Source: Candidatus Omnitrophota bacterium (lineage in GTDB: Bacteria; Omnitrophota; Gorgyraeia; Zapsychrales; Aceulaceae). Taken from it: a stretch of DNA of 64,000 nucleotides. The DNA is taken from positions 29,683 to 93,682 of the forward strand of contig JAQUUP010000004.1 in NCBI GenBank assembly GCA_028693815.1, written 5' to 3'. This document shows, piece by piece, positions 55,131-64,000 of the stretch; position 1 is the first letter of the stretch; each line of letters starts with the position of its first letter. Made by a program: the position numbers and the translations under genes. A model generated the notes under the pieces. That model worked only from the letters and a program-made list of their open reading frames with translations, did not search any database and was not told the origin of the DNA.

Positions 55131-57542
55131 ATGAAAAAGATATTTTGCCTAATGATTTTTTGCTGTTTAGGATTAGCGCTAACAAGTTTTTGTTTTGCTC
55201 AGTATGATACGGCAGAAAGCAAAATGGATGATTCTCTTTTAGAAGAACAAAAGGGTGAAACTCCTGCAAAAAAACAAATGGATGAATTTCTTTCAGAAGA
55301 GCAAGCAGATCAGGATAAAACGTCTAAAATCGTTAAGGTTATTGATATTCAAGGAAATAAAACAATTGGTACAACCGCTATTTTAGCAAAAATTAAAATA
55401 CGAGTTGGAGATGAGTATTCATCAAATATTGCTGGAGATGATATTAAAAGACTTTTTAATACTGGATATTTTTCTGATGTTGCTATTGAAAAAGAAGATT
55501 ATGAAGGTGGTGTAAAAGTTATTATTTATTTAACGGAAAAGCCTGTGATCGATAAAATTACATTTTCAAAGACAACTTATTATAGTACGCGTGCATTGAC
55601 ATTAAAAATTGAGAGCAAAGAAGGACGTTTCTTTGACCGAAAGAATTTGAAAGAAGACAAAAAGATTATAGCAGATTTGTATGCCAAGAAAGGTTTGACA
55701 GATGTTGTCATTGACGTTGATGTAACGACTGATGAGCAGAACAGCAAGGTGACGCTTCATTATATTATTGAGGAAGGCCAGCGGGTTAAGATTAAAAAGA
55801 TTAATATTTCAGGAAATAAATTTTTTAGCTATAAACAAATAATCCGTGCGATAAAAACTAGGGCAGATTCTCTTTTTACTTCTGGGTATTTAAAGAGTGA
55901 TATTTTAGAAGAAGACATGGAGCGTATCGCATTTCTTTATGCGGATGATGGCTTTTTAGATGCAAAAGCGACATATGCTATTGAACAGGTTGAAAAATCA
56001 AAACTGATTATCAACATTAGCGTTGAAGAAGGAAAACAGTATTTTGTTGGGGATATCGTTTTTGAAGGTAATGACATTGTTTTTACAGATAAAGAAATTG
56101 TTGAGGCCTTAGGAGAGCTAAAGTCAGATGAGACGTTTACGCCTAAAAAAATGGACGAAGCAATTTCTCGTCTTAATTCGAATTATTTTGATAAAGGATA
56201 TATCTTTGTTAATATTCAGGACGCAACTTCGATTAATCCTGAAACAGGAAAAGTGGATGTGCGTCTTAACATCCAAGAGGGTGATATTGCGTATGTGAAT
56301 AAAATCAATATTCAAGGAAATACAAGGACGAGAGATATCGTTGTTCGTCGTGAATTGCGCTTAAAGCCAGGAGATGTTTTTGATGGGGCTAAGCTGCGTC
56401 GCAGCAAAGAGCGTTTGAAGAATTTAGGATATTTTGAAGAAATTGATTATGACGTTCAAGATACGTCTTATTCGAATAAAAAAGATTTAGTTGTTCAGGT
56501 TAAGGAGGCTAAAACAGGGAGTTTTAGTTTTGGTGGCGGATATAGTACCGTCGATCAATTGGTTGGTTTTTTTGAGATTGAACAAAAGAATTTTGATTTT
56601 GCAAATTGGCCAACATTCACAGGAGGAGGTCAGGATATTTTGGTTCGTGCCGAACTTGGTTCTGTGCGTAATAATGCACGTTTAAGCTTTACCGAGCCAT
56701 GGATTTTTGATTATCCAATATCAGGTGGGTTTGATCTTTACCAAACAAAAACTGATCGTGAGTCAGACACAGGCTATGCGTATGACGAAGAGCGAACTGG
56801 AGGCGATCTTCGCCTTGGAAAACAGCTAACAGAATATTTGTCTGCAGGGACAGTATATCGCATGGAAGAAATCACAATTAGTAATTTGGATACGAGTGCT
56901 GGTTCTGAGTTGCAAAAAGAGGTTGGAACAAATACGATAAGTTCGTTAAGTTTTAGTTTAACGCATGATTCTCGCGATAATATTTTTAGTCCAACAAAAG
57001 GACTTGTTTTAGGGGGAACTTTTGATTATGCGGGTGGATTTCTAGGAGGTGACAAGAATTTTTATCGCATCCAAACAAGGACAAGTTATTTGGTCCCGAT
57101 ATTAGATGATACAGTTTTAGAATTTCGCCTAAGAACGGGATTGGTTACTGCTTTTGGTGATTCTGACGAGGTTCCAATTTATGAACGTTTTTTTGCTGGT
57201 GGAGCCAGGACAATCCGAGGGTATGACGAAAGAAAGGTTGGTCCTCTTGATTCAGCAACAAATGATCCTATTGGAGGAGATAGCTTGTTGATTTTCAATG
57301 TTGAATACACTATTCCTTTGGTTGATTTTATTAAACTTGCAACATTTTTTGATGTTGGTAACGTTTGGACAGATATGGAAGACTTTGGAACAGGAGATTT
57401 AAAATCAGGAACAGGTTTAGGGCTTCGGATCAAGACGCCAATTGGCCCGATTAATTTAGATTACGGATATCCTCTCAATGATGTGTCAGGAGAAGATGAC
57501 AGAACAGGAAAGTTTTATTTCAGCATTAGTCGATCGTTTTAA
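55131..57542 (+). CDS. bamA: outer-membrane protein assembly factor BamA (Omp85)
   Basis: A signal peptide, POTRA repeats, and a C-terminal beta-barrel ending in a terminal Phe are present. Confidence 0.85.
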   Translation: MKKIFCLMIFCCLGLALTSFCFAQYDTAESKMDDSLLEEQKGETPAKKQMDEFLSEEQADQDKTSKIVKVIDIQGNKTIGTTAILAKIKIRVGDEYSSNIAGDDIKRLFNTGYFSDVAIEKEDYEGGVKVIIYLTEKPVIDKITFSKTTYYSTRALTLKIESKEGRFFDRKNLKEDKKIIADLYAKKGLTDVVIDVDVTTDEQNSKVTLHYIIEEGQRVKIKKINISGNKFFSYKQIIRAIKTRADSLFTSGYLKSDILEEDMERIAFLYADDGFLDAKATYAIEQVEKSKLIINISVEEGKQYFVGDIVFEGNDIVFTDKEIVEALGELKSDETFTPKKMDEAISRLNSNYFDKGYIFVNIQDATSINPETGKVDVRLNIQEGDIAYVNKINIQGNTRTRDIVVRRELRLKPGDVFDGAKLRRSKERLKNLGYFEEIDYDVQDTSYSNKKDLVVQVKEAKTGSFSFGGGYSTVDQLVGFFEIEQKNFDFANWPTFTGGGQDILVRAELGSVRNNARLSFTEPWIFDYPISGGFDLYQTKTDRESDTGYAYDEERTGGDLRLGKQLTEYLSAGTVYRMEEITISNLDTSAGSELQKEVGTNTISSLSFSLTHDSRDNIFSPTKGLVLGGTFDYAGGFLGGDKNFYRIQTRTSYLVPILDDTVLEFRLRTGLVTAFGDSDEVPIYERFFAGGARTIRGYDERKVGPLDSATNDPIGGDSLLIFNVEYTIPLVDFIKLATFFDVGNVWTDMEDFGTGDLKSGTGLGLRIKTPIGPINLDYGYPLNDVSGEDDRTGKFYFSISRSF

Positions 57543-57570
57543 TATATAATTAATTAATAAGGAGGTTTTT

Positions 57571-58074
57571 ATGAAAAAAGTTATTGGTTTGTTCTTGGCA
57601 ATGATTTTAGCATTATCATTAACAACGGTTAGCTATGCACAGTCTTCTCTTAGAATTGCATATGTTAATCTGAGTCGTGTTTTTGATGAATATTCTAAAA
57701 CAAGTAATTATGATCAAACGTTAGAAAAGAAGAGCACAGAATATCAAAAGGAACGAAACAAAAAGCTTGAGAAAATTCAAGAAGCAGAGCGTAAACTTGT
57801 TTTGCTTAAAGAGGAAGAAAAAGAAAAATTAAAAATAGAAATTGATAAGAATAAAAATGATCTTATTGAGTTTGATCGTGAGAAACAAACAGATTTGCGC
57901 AAAGAGCGTGATGAGAAAATTCGTGAAATCTTGTTAGAAATTGAAGAAGTTGTTAAGGTTTATGCCGAGAAGGAAAAATACGATATTATTTTAAACGATC
58001 GTGTTTTAATTTATGGTAGTAAAGAATTAGAGATCACTGAAAAAGTTTTGGATATTCTTAACAAAAAGAATTAA
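57571..58074 (+). CDS. skp: OmpH/Skp-family periplasmic chaperone
   Basis: A signal peptide and a charged coiled-coil body are present. It lies between bamA and lpxD. Confidence 0.8.
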   Translation: MKKVIGLFLAMILALSLTTVSYAQSSLRIAYVNLSRVFDEYSKTSNYDQTLEKKSTEYQKERNKKLEKIQEAERKLVLLKEEEKEKLKIEIDKNKNDLIEFDREKQTDLRKERDEKIREILLEIEEVVKVYAEKEKYDIILNDRVLIYGSKELEITEKVLDILNKKN

Positions 58075-58200
58075 TAGGCGCTGTTTATCGACCTTTGTTC
58101 CACCAGAAGATGTATGGAAGTTAAAATATTTTGGTCTTTCTTTGGAAAGCAAAGGATGTTGATATTAGTTCTATTTTATTTCTTTGGAAAAGATTGATAA

Positions 58201-59232
58201 ATGCAAAAAACTCTTGCTGAAATCGCACAGCTAATTGATGGAAAAGTCTTGGGAGATGAAAAGGTTTTTGTTACAGGTATCTCCGGAATTAAAGAGGCCA
58301 GGGAGGGAGATATCACCTTTGTGGCTGACCCAAAGTATTTTCCTTTAATCGAAGAGACAAAAGCTTCGGCGATTATCGTGTCTGAAAATATTTTATCAAC
58401 AAAGAAAAATTTGATTTGCACAAAAGATCCATCTTTTGCATTTTCTAAGCTAGCAGTTAGTGTTGTTGGTGATTTGTCTCATCATATTCAAGGTATTCAT
58501 CCAACAGCTGTTATTGCAGATGATGCTGTGATTGGCAAAAATGTCTGCATTGGCCCTCATGCGGTTATTCAAAGTAAAGTTGAAGTTGGAGACAATAGTA
58601 TTGTCTATAGCGGATGCTTTATCGGATATGAGACTAAGATCGGAACAAAATGTTTGATTTATCCGAATGTGACAATCCGAGAGCGAGCTATGATCGGCAA
58701 TAACGTGATTATTCATTCCGGAACAGTGATCGGATCTGATGGTTTTGGATTTAATGAAGTTGGCGGCGCGCATGAAAAGATTCCTCAAATTGGGACTGTT
58801 GTGATTGAAGATGATGTGGAGATTGGTTCTAACGTCACTGTTGATCGTGCGCGATTTGATAAGACGTTTATTGGCAAAGGGACAAAAATTGATAATTTGG
58901 TTCAGATTGCACATAATGTTACCATTGGCCGTCATTGTATTATTATTTCACAAACAGGTATTTCTGGTAGTGTTCAATTAGGAGATCGAGTGACGATTGC
59001 TGGTCAAGTCGGCATTGCTGGACATTTAACAATAGGGGAAGGAACTATTGTTGCTGCCCGTTCAGGCGTGACAAAATCAATTGCTCCCAAAATGATTGTT
59101 TCGGGATTTCCGGCTAAGCCACATGATAAGGCAAAAAGAATTAATGCTGCGGTTCAGCGTTTACCCGAATACGTGAAGACCATTAATGATTTGAAAAAAA
59201 GAATTGAAATTCTTGAACAAAATCAGAAATAA
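58201..59232 (+). CDS. lpxD: UDP-3-O-acylglucosamine N-acyltransferase
   Basis: The N-terminus [15 protein letters not shown] is followed by a hexapeptide-repeat beta-helix. Confidence 0.85.
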   Translation: MQKTLAEIAQLIDGKVLGDEKVFVTGISGIKEAREGDITFVADPKYFPLIEETKASAIIVSENILSTKKNLICTKDPSFAFSKLAVSVVGDLSHHIQGIHPTAVIADDAVIGKNVCIGPHAVIQSKVEVGDNSIVYSGCFIGYETKIGTKCLIYPNVTIRERAMIGNNVIIHSGTVIGSDGFGFNEVGGAHEKIPQIGTVVIEDDVEIGSNVTVDRARFDKTFIGKGTKIDNLVQIAHNVTIGRHCIIISQTGISGSVQLGDRVTIAGQVGIAGHLTIGEGTIVAARSGVTKSIAPKMIVSGFPAKPHDKAKRINAAVQRLPEYVKTINDLKKRIEILEQNQK

Positions 59233-59240
59233 CAATAGAT

Positions 59241-60575
59241 ATGAATCGAAAACAAAAAACAATTAAAAAAGAAGTTTCTGTTGAGGGCATTGGTCTTCAT
59301 ACAGGAAAAAAGGTAAAGCTTCTTTTTAGACCAGCAGAAAAGAATACAGGGATTCAGTTTGTAAGAGTTGATCTTGCCGAGCATCCGGTGATTGAGGCAA
59401 ATTGTTCAGCTATTGTTGATGGAAAGGGAATGCCGCGCTGTACTTCTATTGGTAGAGACGGAGTTATTATTCATACTGTTGAACATGTGATGGCAGCGCT
59501 TTATGGCATGGAAATTGATAATATTATTATTGAAATTAACGGAGAGGAATTGCCAGGGCTTGATGGAAGTTGTATTGAGTTTTTAAAAGCTTTGAAGGTT
59601 GTTGGTGTTGTTGAACAAGATGCGCTAAAGGAAGTTTTTGAAGTTAAAGAGCCGATTTGGGTTGAAGACAAAGGGGCTTCTATTTTTATTGTTCCTTCAG
59701 ATAGTTTTAGAATTTCATATACGTTGGATTATGATCACCCTGCTTTGTCTGCTCAAGTTTTTAATAAAAAGATTGATGGGACAATTTTTGAAGAACAAAT
59801 TGCTTGCTCGAGAACTTTTTGTTTAGAAAGTGAGGCGAAAGCGCTTCAAGAAAAAGGATTGGGAAAAGGCGCTAATTATACAAATACGCTTGTTGTTGGG
59901 GATGATGGCGTTAAGGAGAATACGCTTCGCTCTCCTGAAGAATTTGCTAGACATAAAGTTTTAGATTTTATTGGAGACTTGTATCTTTTAGGAATGCCGA
60001 TTTGTGGGCATGTGGTTGCTATGAAAAGTGGGCATAATTTAAATCGAAAGCTTTTGCAAAGAATTTCTGAACAAAAAGAAAAATATGCTTCTCAATTTGT
60101 AGAAACGGGCCATGAATTCGCTGGTAAGACGGTTCTTGATATTAACGATATACAGAAAATATTGCCACATCGTTATCCTTTCTTGTTTGTAGATCGCGTT
60201 GTTGAGCTTGAGCCCGGAAAGCGAGCTGTTGCTATTAAGAATGTAACTGCAAATGAAGGATTTTTTCAGGGACATTTTCCTGGAAAACCTGTTATGCCAG
60301 GAGTTCTTATGGTTGAGGCGATGGCGCAAGTTGGAGGTATTGCCGTATTAACAGATCCTCAGAATAAAGGCAAGTTGGCTCTTTTTATGGCAATTGATAA
60401 AGTTAAGTTTAGAAAAGTTGTAGAACCTGGCGATCAACTTGTTTTTGAAGTCGATGTGATGCGATGCAAATCTCGCATTGCGCAGGTTAGGGGTGTTGCT
60501 AAAACAGGTGACAAGGTTGTTGTTGAGGCAGAATTAATGTTTTCATTTACGGATTTTTCTTATTTAGACAATTGA
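59241..60575 (+). CDS. lpxC-fabZ: fused UDP-3-O-acyl-GlcNAc deacetylase / 3-hydroxyacyl-ACP dehydratase
   Basis: The N-terminal LpxC domain spans about 1-300. The C-terminal FabZ hotdog domain has HRYPFLFVDRV...FFQGHFPGKPVMPGVLMVEAMAQ. Confidence 0.85.
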   Translation: MNRKQKTIKKEVSVEGIGLHTGKKVKLLFRPAEKNTGIQFVRVDLAEHPVIEANCSAIVDGKGMPRCTSIGRDGVIIHTVEHVMAALYGMEIDNIIIEINGEELPGLDGSCIEFLKALKVVGVVEQDALKEVFEVKEPIWVEDKGASIFIVPSDSFRISYTLDYDHPALSAQVFNKKIDGTIFEEQIACSRTFCLESEAKALQEKGLGKGANYTNTLVVGDDGVKENTLRSPEEFARHKVLDFIGDLYLLGMPICGHVVAMKSGHNLNRKLLQRISEQKEKYASQFVETGHEFAGKTVLDINDIQKILPHRYPFLFVDRVVELEPGKRAVAIKNVTANEGFFQGHFPGKPVMPGVLMVEAMAQVGGIAVLTDPQNKGKLALFMAIDKVKFRKVVEPGDQLVFEVDVMRCKSRIAQVRGVAKTGDKVVVEAELMFSFTDFSYLDN

Positions 60576-60577
60576 TC

Positions 60578-61351
60578 ATGAAAATACATAAAACAGCGAT
60601 TATCCATTCTAAGGCAAAAATAGACAAAACAGTCATTGTAGGACCTTATGCGTCTATTGGGGAAGGTGTTGTTTTATCTGATGGTGTAAAAATAGGGCAG
60701 GGTTGTGTCGTCCAAGGAAATACAACGATAGGAAAGAATTGTACATTGTTTACAGGGGCAGTTATTGGAAGCATTCCTCAGGATCGAAAATATAAGGAAG
60801 AGGAAAAGACTTATCTTGAGATTGGAGAAGATAATATTTTTCGTGAGTATGTAACTGTTAATCCTGGAACAGGCGAAGGCGGAAAAACTGTTATTGGAAA
60901 CAATAATCTTTTGATGGCCTATTCTCATGTGGCGCATGATTGTGTTATTGGAGATAATTGTACGCTTGCTAATGTTGGAACTCTTGCTGGTCATGTAACA
61001 TTAGAAGATGGAGCTGTCGTCGGTGGTTTGACGGCTATTCATCAATTTGTTCGATTAGGAAAGCTTTCAATTATTGGTGGATGTTCTAAGGTTGTGCAAG
61101 ATATTCCGCCTTTTTCAACGTGCGATGGGCATCCAGCGCGTGTGTATGGATTGAATTCTATTGGCTTAAAGCGCGCCAATTTTTCTTTAGAAATAGTGAG
61201 ACTTTTAAAGCAAGCTTTTAAATTATTATTTTTTTCTAATTTAATAAAAAAGCATGCTGTTGAAGAAATCAAAAAGAAAGTTTCGCTTACTGAGGAAATT
61301 CAGCATCTTATTAATTTTGTTGAGAGTTCCAAAAGAGGACTTTGCAGTTAA
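60578..61351 (+). CDS. lpxA: acyl-ACP--UDP-GlcNAc O-acyltransferase
   Basis: The N-terminus IHKTAIIHSKAKIDKTVIVGPYASIGEGV is followed by hexapeptide repeats. An ATG sits 2 codons after an in-frame TTG. Confidence 0.85.
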   Translation: MKIHKTAIIHSKAKIDKTVIVGPYASIGEGVVLSDGVKIGQGCVVQGNTTIGKNCTLFTGAVIGSIPQDRKYKEEEKTYLEIGEDNIFREYVTVNPGTGEGGKTVIGNNNLLMAYSHVAHDCVIGDNCTLANVGTLAGHVTLEDGAVVGGLTAIHQFVRLGKLSIIGGCSKVVQDIPPFSTCDGHPARVYGLNSIGLKRANFSLEIVRLLKQAFKLLFFSNLIKKHAVEEIKKKVSLTEEIQHLINFVESSKRGLCS

Positions 61352-62178
61352 TGGATAAAGAAAATAAAGAAAATAAAAAGAATCTTGGGCTCATTGCGGG
61401 AAACGGAAAGTTTCCCTTTCTTTTTGCTCGCGAGGCTCGACGACAAGGATGCCGAGTGACAGCGGTTGCGATTAAAGGAGATACGTCTATTTTGCTCACG
61501 CCGTTTGTTGATAAGATTTTTTGGTCAGGGGCAGGAGAACTTAAAAAACTTTTTGAATTTTTTAAAAGTGAAAACATCGAAGATGTGGTTATGGCAGGTC
61601 AGGTAAGCCAAAGAAATCTTTTTGATGAGAATCTTCCGATTGATGAGGAGTTCAAAAATCTTTTTGATGCAATTAAGGATCGAAAAGCAGATACTATTTT
61701 TTCTGCGATAGCAGATGCTTTAAAGCAAAATGGAATGATGCTTTTAGATTCGACTGTATTTTTGAAAGATTATTTAGCTTCAAAAGGAACGATTACTAAA
61801 AGGGGCCCGAGTCAACAAGAGCTTGATGACATTGAGTTTGGAGTTATTATTGCAAAACAGATGGGAGAGCTAGATGTTGGACAGACTGTTGTGATAAAAG
61901 ATAAGGCGATTGTTGCGATTGAAGCGATGGAAGGAACAGATCAGGCAATTTTGCGTGGAGGAAGAATTGCGCAAAAAAAAGCTGTTGTAGTTAAAGCAAG
62001 TAAGCCGAATCAAGATTTACGATTTGATGTTCCGGTGGTAGGCGCAAGAACAATAAAAAATATGATTAAAGCAAAAGCTTCTTGTCTTGCGATTGAGGCT
62101 GGAAAGACGATTGTGATTGACGAAGATCGCTGTTTGCGATTAGCGAATAAGCATAATATTTGCATTGTGGGTATATAA
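61342..62178 (+). CDS. lpxI: UDP-2,3-diacylglucosamine hydrolase LpxI (DUF1009)
   Basis: The motif GLIAGNGKFP is present and the gene sits in the lipid A cluster. Confidence 0.75.
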   Translation: MQLMDKENKENKKNLGLIAGNGKFPFLFAREARRQGCRVTAVAIKGDTSILLTPFVDKIFWSGAGELKKLFEFFKSENIEDVVMAGQVSQRNLFDENLPIDEEFKNLFDAIKDRKADTIFSAIADALKQNGMMLLDSTVFLKDYLASKGTITKRGPSQQELDDIEFGVIIAKQMGELDVGQTVVIKDKAIVAIEAMEGTDQAILRGGRIAQKKAVVVKASKPNQDLRFDVPVVGARTIKNMIKAKASCLAIEAGKTIVIDEDRCLRLANKHNICIVGI

Positions 62179-62208
62179 AAATTTTTAGGAATATTGAAGT
62201 TTTGTTTT

Positions 62209-62235
62209 GGGCCACTTTCGCTGCGAAAGTGGCCC
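62209..62235. other. perfect 12-bp GC-rich stem-loop after lpxI (possible terminator, lacks a 3' U-tract)
   Basis: The hairpin is GGGCCACTTTCG-CTG-CGAAAGTGGCCC. The T-rich run is on the 5' side only. Confidence 0.5.
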
Positions 62236-62251
62236 AAACTATGAAATTTTA

Positions 62252-62280
62252 TTGACAGAAAAGGTCTCGTATGGTCTAAT
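62252..62280 (+). promoter_or_regulatory. sigma70-like promoter TTGACA-17nt-TCTAAT for the thi operon leader
   Basis: Consensus -35 and -10-like elements sit just upstream of the TPP aptamer. Confidence 0.5.
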
Positions 62281-62293
62281 CAGTTAACATAAA

Positions 62294-62406
62294 ACCGGGG
62301 AGGGCGCCAGGACGCTTCTGAGAACGCTGTGATGTAGACAGAAGACCCGTTATTCTGCCGTTTAAAGCAGATTTTACCTGATCTGGATAATGCCAGCGTA
62401 GGGAGA
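62294..62406 (+). promoter_or_regulatory. TPP (THI-box) riboswitch aptamer
   Basis: GGGGAGGGCGCC, CTGAGA, ACCC and ACCTGATCTGGATAATGCCAGCGTAGGGA match the conserved TPP aptamer segments. It is upstream of thiE-thiS-thiG. Confidence 0.85.
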
Positions 62407-62421
62407 AAAAGTAGTTCTATT

Positions 62422-62456
62422 TTCCACTTCAGATCAGAAGTGGAATTTCTTTTTTC
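62422..62456 (+). terminator. riboswitch expression-platform terminator
   Basis: The hairpin TTCCACTTC-AGATCA-GAAGTGGAA is followed by TTTCTTTTTT. Confidence 0.75.
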
Positions 62457-62539
62457 ATCTACCTTGTAGGTTTTTTGAAGAGAAGATGTAAAGAAAGCCC
62501 AACGTAAGTTGGGTTCTTTAAGAGAGCATAAAAATAATA

Positions 62540-63181
62540 ATGCAAAAACTCAAAGACCATAGCTTATATTTCGTTACTGGAGAAGAATATAGCGGTTCAA
62601 AAACAACTAAAGAAGTTGTGCTAGACGCGATTTTGGGCGGAGTTGATATTGTTCAGATGCGGGAGAAGAAAAAGTCTAAAAATGAGCTTTTGGCTTTGGG
62701 CCAAAAGCTTAAAGAAATTTGCCAGATTAATAATGTTCTTTTTATTGTCAATGACGATCCTTTTTTGACCAAAGAACTTAATGCTGATGGGGTTCATTTG
62801 GGTCAGCAGGATATTGAAAAATATCCTATTGAACAGGCGCGGGCTATTTTAGGTAATGAAAGAATAATTGGTGTCTCAACGCATTCGATTGAACAATTTC
62901 AAAATGCACAAAATCAGGATTGCGATTATTTAGCTTTTGGCCCAATTTTCTATACAAAAACAAAAGATTATTTTATTGGCCTTAATGATGTTAAGAATGT
63001 TTTAGAAGTTGCCCGAAAGCCTGTTGTGTTTATTGGTGGGATTAATCTAGAGAATATTGATTGTCTTCTGGAAGAAGGGGCAAGAAACATCGCTGTGATT
63101 CGTTGTATTGCAGCGTCGGAGGATGTTGTGAAAAGTACAAAAGAATTAAAGAACAAAATTATGCGAAAGGCTAAAAGATGA
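62540..63181 (+). CDS. thiE: thiamine-phosphate synthase
   Basis: The ThiE TIM-barrel motifs VNDD...GVHLGQQD...GVSTHS are present. Confidence 0.85.
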   Translation: MQKLKDHSLYFVTGEEYSGSKTTKEVVLDAILGGVDIVQMREKKKSKNELLALGQKLKEICQINNVLFIVNDDPFLTKELNADGVHLGQQDIEKYPIEQARAILGNERIIGVSTHSIEQFQNAQNQDCDYLAFGPIFYTKTKDYFIGLNDVKNVLEVARKPVVFIGGINLENIDCLLEEGARNIAVIRCIAASEDVVKSTKELKNKIMRKAKR

Positions 63182-63378
63182 AAGTTCGCATTAATGGAAA
63201 AGAAGAAAATATAGAGGTTGAACTAACATTGTTAGCTCTTTTAGAGCAAAGAGGTTTGAGTCAAAAGAAAATTGTTGTTGAGCACAACGCAAAGATTGTA
63301 GATCGAGAAGATCTGTCTTCTTTGGCAATTAAAGAAGATGATGTTATTGAAATTATTAGTTTTGTTGGAGGAGGTTAA
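63178..63378 (+). CDS. thiS: sulfur-carrier protein ThiS
   Basis: It is 66 aa and ends ...FVGGG. Confidence 0.8.
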   Translation: MKVRINGKEENIEVELTLLALLEQRGLSQKKIVVEHNAKIVDREDLSSLAIKEDDVIEIISFVGGG

Positions 63379-63380
63379 AA

Positions 63381-64000
63381 GTGAATGATATTTTAAAGAT
63401 TGCGGATCAAAATCTTGAAAGTCGTTTGTTTATTGGGACGGGGAAATTTCCAAGTAAAAAGATTATTAAAGATGTTTTAGAAACTTCAGGTGCGTCTGTT
63501 GTGACTGTTGCGCTCAGGCGCGTTGATCAAGATTCAGAGGATGAAAATATTTTAGATTATATTCCGAAAAGTTGTTTGTTGATGCCAAATACATCTGGAG
63601 CTCGCAACGCTGAGGAGGCGATTCGTATTGCACGTCTTTCTAAGGCTGTTGGTTGTGGCAATTGGATAAAGATTGAAATTATTTCGGATAATAAATATTT
63701 GCTTCCTGATAATTTTGAAACAATTAAGGCAACAGAAATTTTATCGAAAGAAGGATTTGTGGTTCTGCCTTATATGAGTCCTGACTTGATGGCTGCAAAA
63801 AGATTGGTTGATGCTGGTGCAAAAGCTGTGATGCCTTTGGGTGCACCGATTGGGAGTAATCGGGGACTTAAAACAAAAGAGTTGGTTCGCATCATGGTTA
63901 ATGAAATAAACATTCCGGTTATTGTTGATGCTGGCATTGGAAGTCCGACGCAAGCGGCTGAGTGCATGGAACTTGGGTGCGATGCTGTTTTAGTCAATAC
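63381..64000 (+). CDS. thiG: thiazole synthase ThiG (3' end outside window), GTG start
   Basis: The sequence [22 protein letters not shown]...IVDAGIG is ThiG-like. Only the GTG frame is open, as the ATG 4 nt downstream hits a stop. GGAGG lies 6 nt upstream. Confidence 0.8.
   Translation, partial: MNDILKIADQNLESRLFIGTGKFPSKKIIKDVLETSGASVVTVALRRVDQDSEDENILDYIPKSCLLMPNTSGARNAEEAIRIARLSKAVGCGNWIKIEIISDNKYLLPDNFETIKATEILSKEGFVVLPYMSPDLMAAKRLVDAGAKAVMPLGAPIGSNRGLKTKELVRIMVNEINIPVIVDAGIGSPTQAAECMELGCDAVLVN

Noticed and set aside
62209-62235. GC-rich hairpin after lpxI as a canonical intrinsic terminator
   Set aside because: There is no U-tract on the 3' side of either strand. It is kept only as an unclassified stem-loop.
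1-64000. Searched for mobile-element, prophage or CRISPR content
   Set aside because: No transposase, integrase, phage structural motifs, direct-repeat-flanked islands or cas genes were recognised. The only mobile-like content is the small palindromic elements described above.

Overview
This is a 64-kb window from an AT-rich (about 36% GC) bacterium. The cell is diderm: bamA-skp-lpxD-lpxC/fabZ-lpxA-lpxI are present. A Firmicute-like block ispE-spoVG-tRNA-glmU-prs-ctc-pth sits next to rpsF-ssb-rpsR-rplI-dnaB. Almost all genes are on the + strand and are housekeeping, including rex, serC, serA, hisG and thiE/S/G behind a TPP riboswitch. No transposase, integrase, CRISPR array or rRNA was seen. 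The main unusual content is a single 10.7-kb ORF (3565 aa) with a mosaic of methyltransferase-, GHKL-ATPase-, receiver- and kinase-like motifs, an internal duplication, in-frame GC-rich and palindromic inserts, and recurring linker motifs. A family of about 62-nt hairpin elements has conserved ends (TAAATTCG ... CTCATTTAAG) and compensatory stem changes. Two copies lie upstream of serC and rmuC and one lies in-frame inside the giant ORF. An ECF sigma / anti-sigma / Spy module lies next to a Cys-pair peptide, an ArsP-like permease, ArsC and an SLC12-like transporter. Other items are a SpoVG carrying a zinc-ribbon insertion, Rex operators upstream of rex, A8-9 G6-8 homopolymer tracts at two start sites, and a possible unannotated bS22-like mini-protein. 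The lineage is probably an uncultured diderm phylum (Omnitrophota-like), which is inference only. All calls are from reading the sequence; no searches were run.
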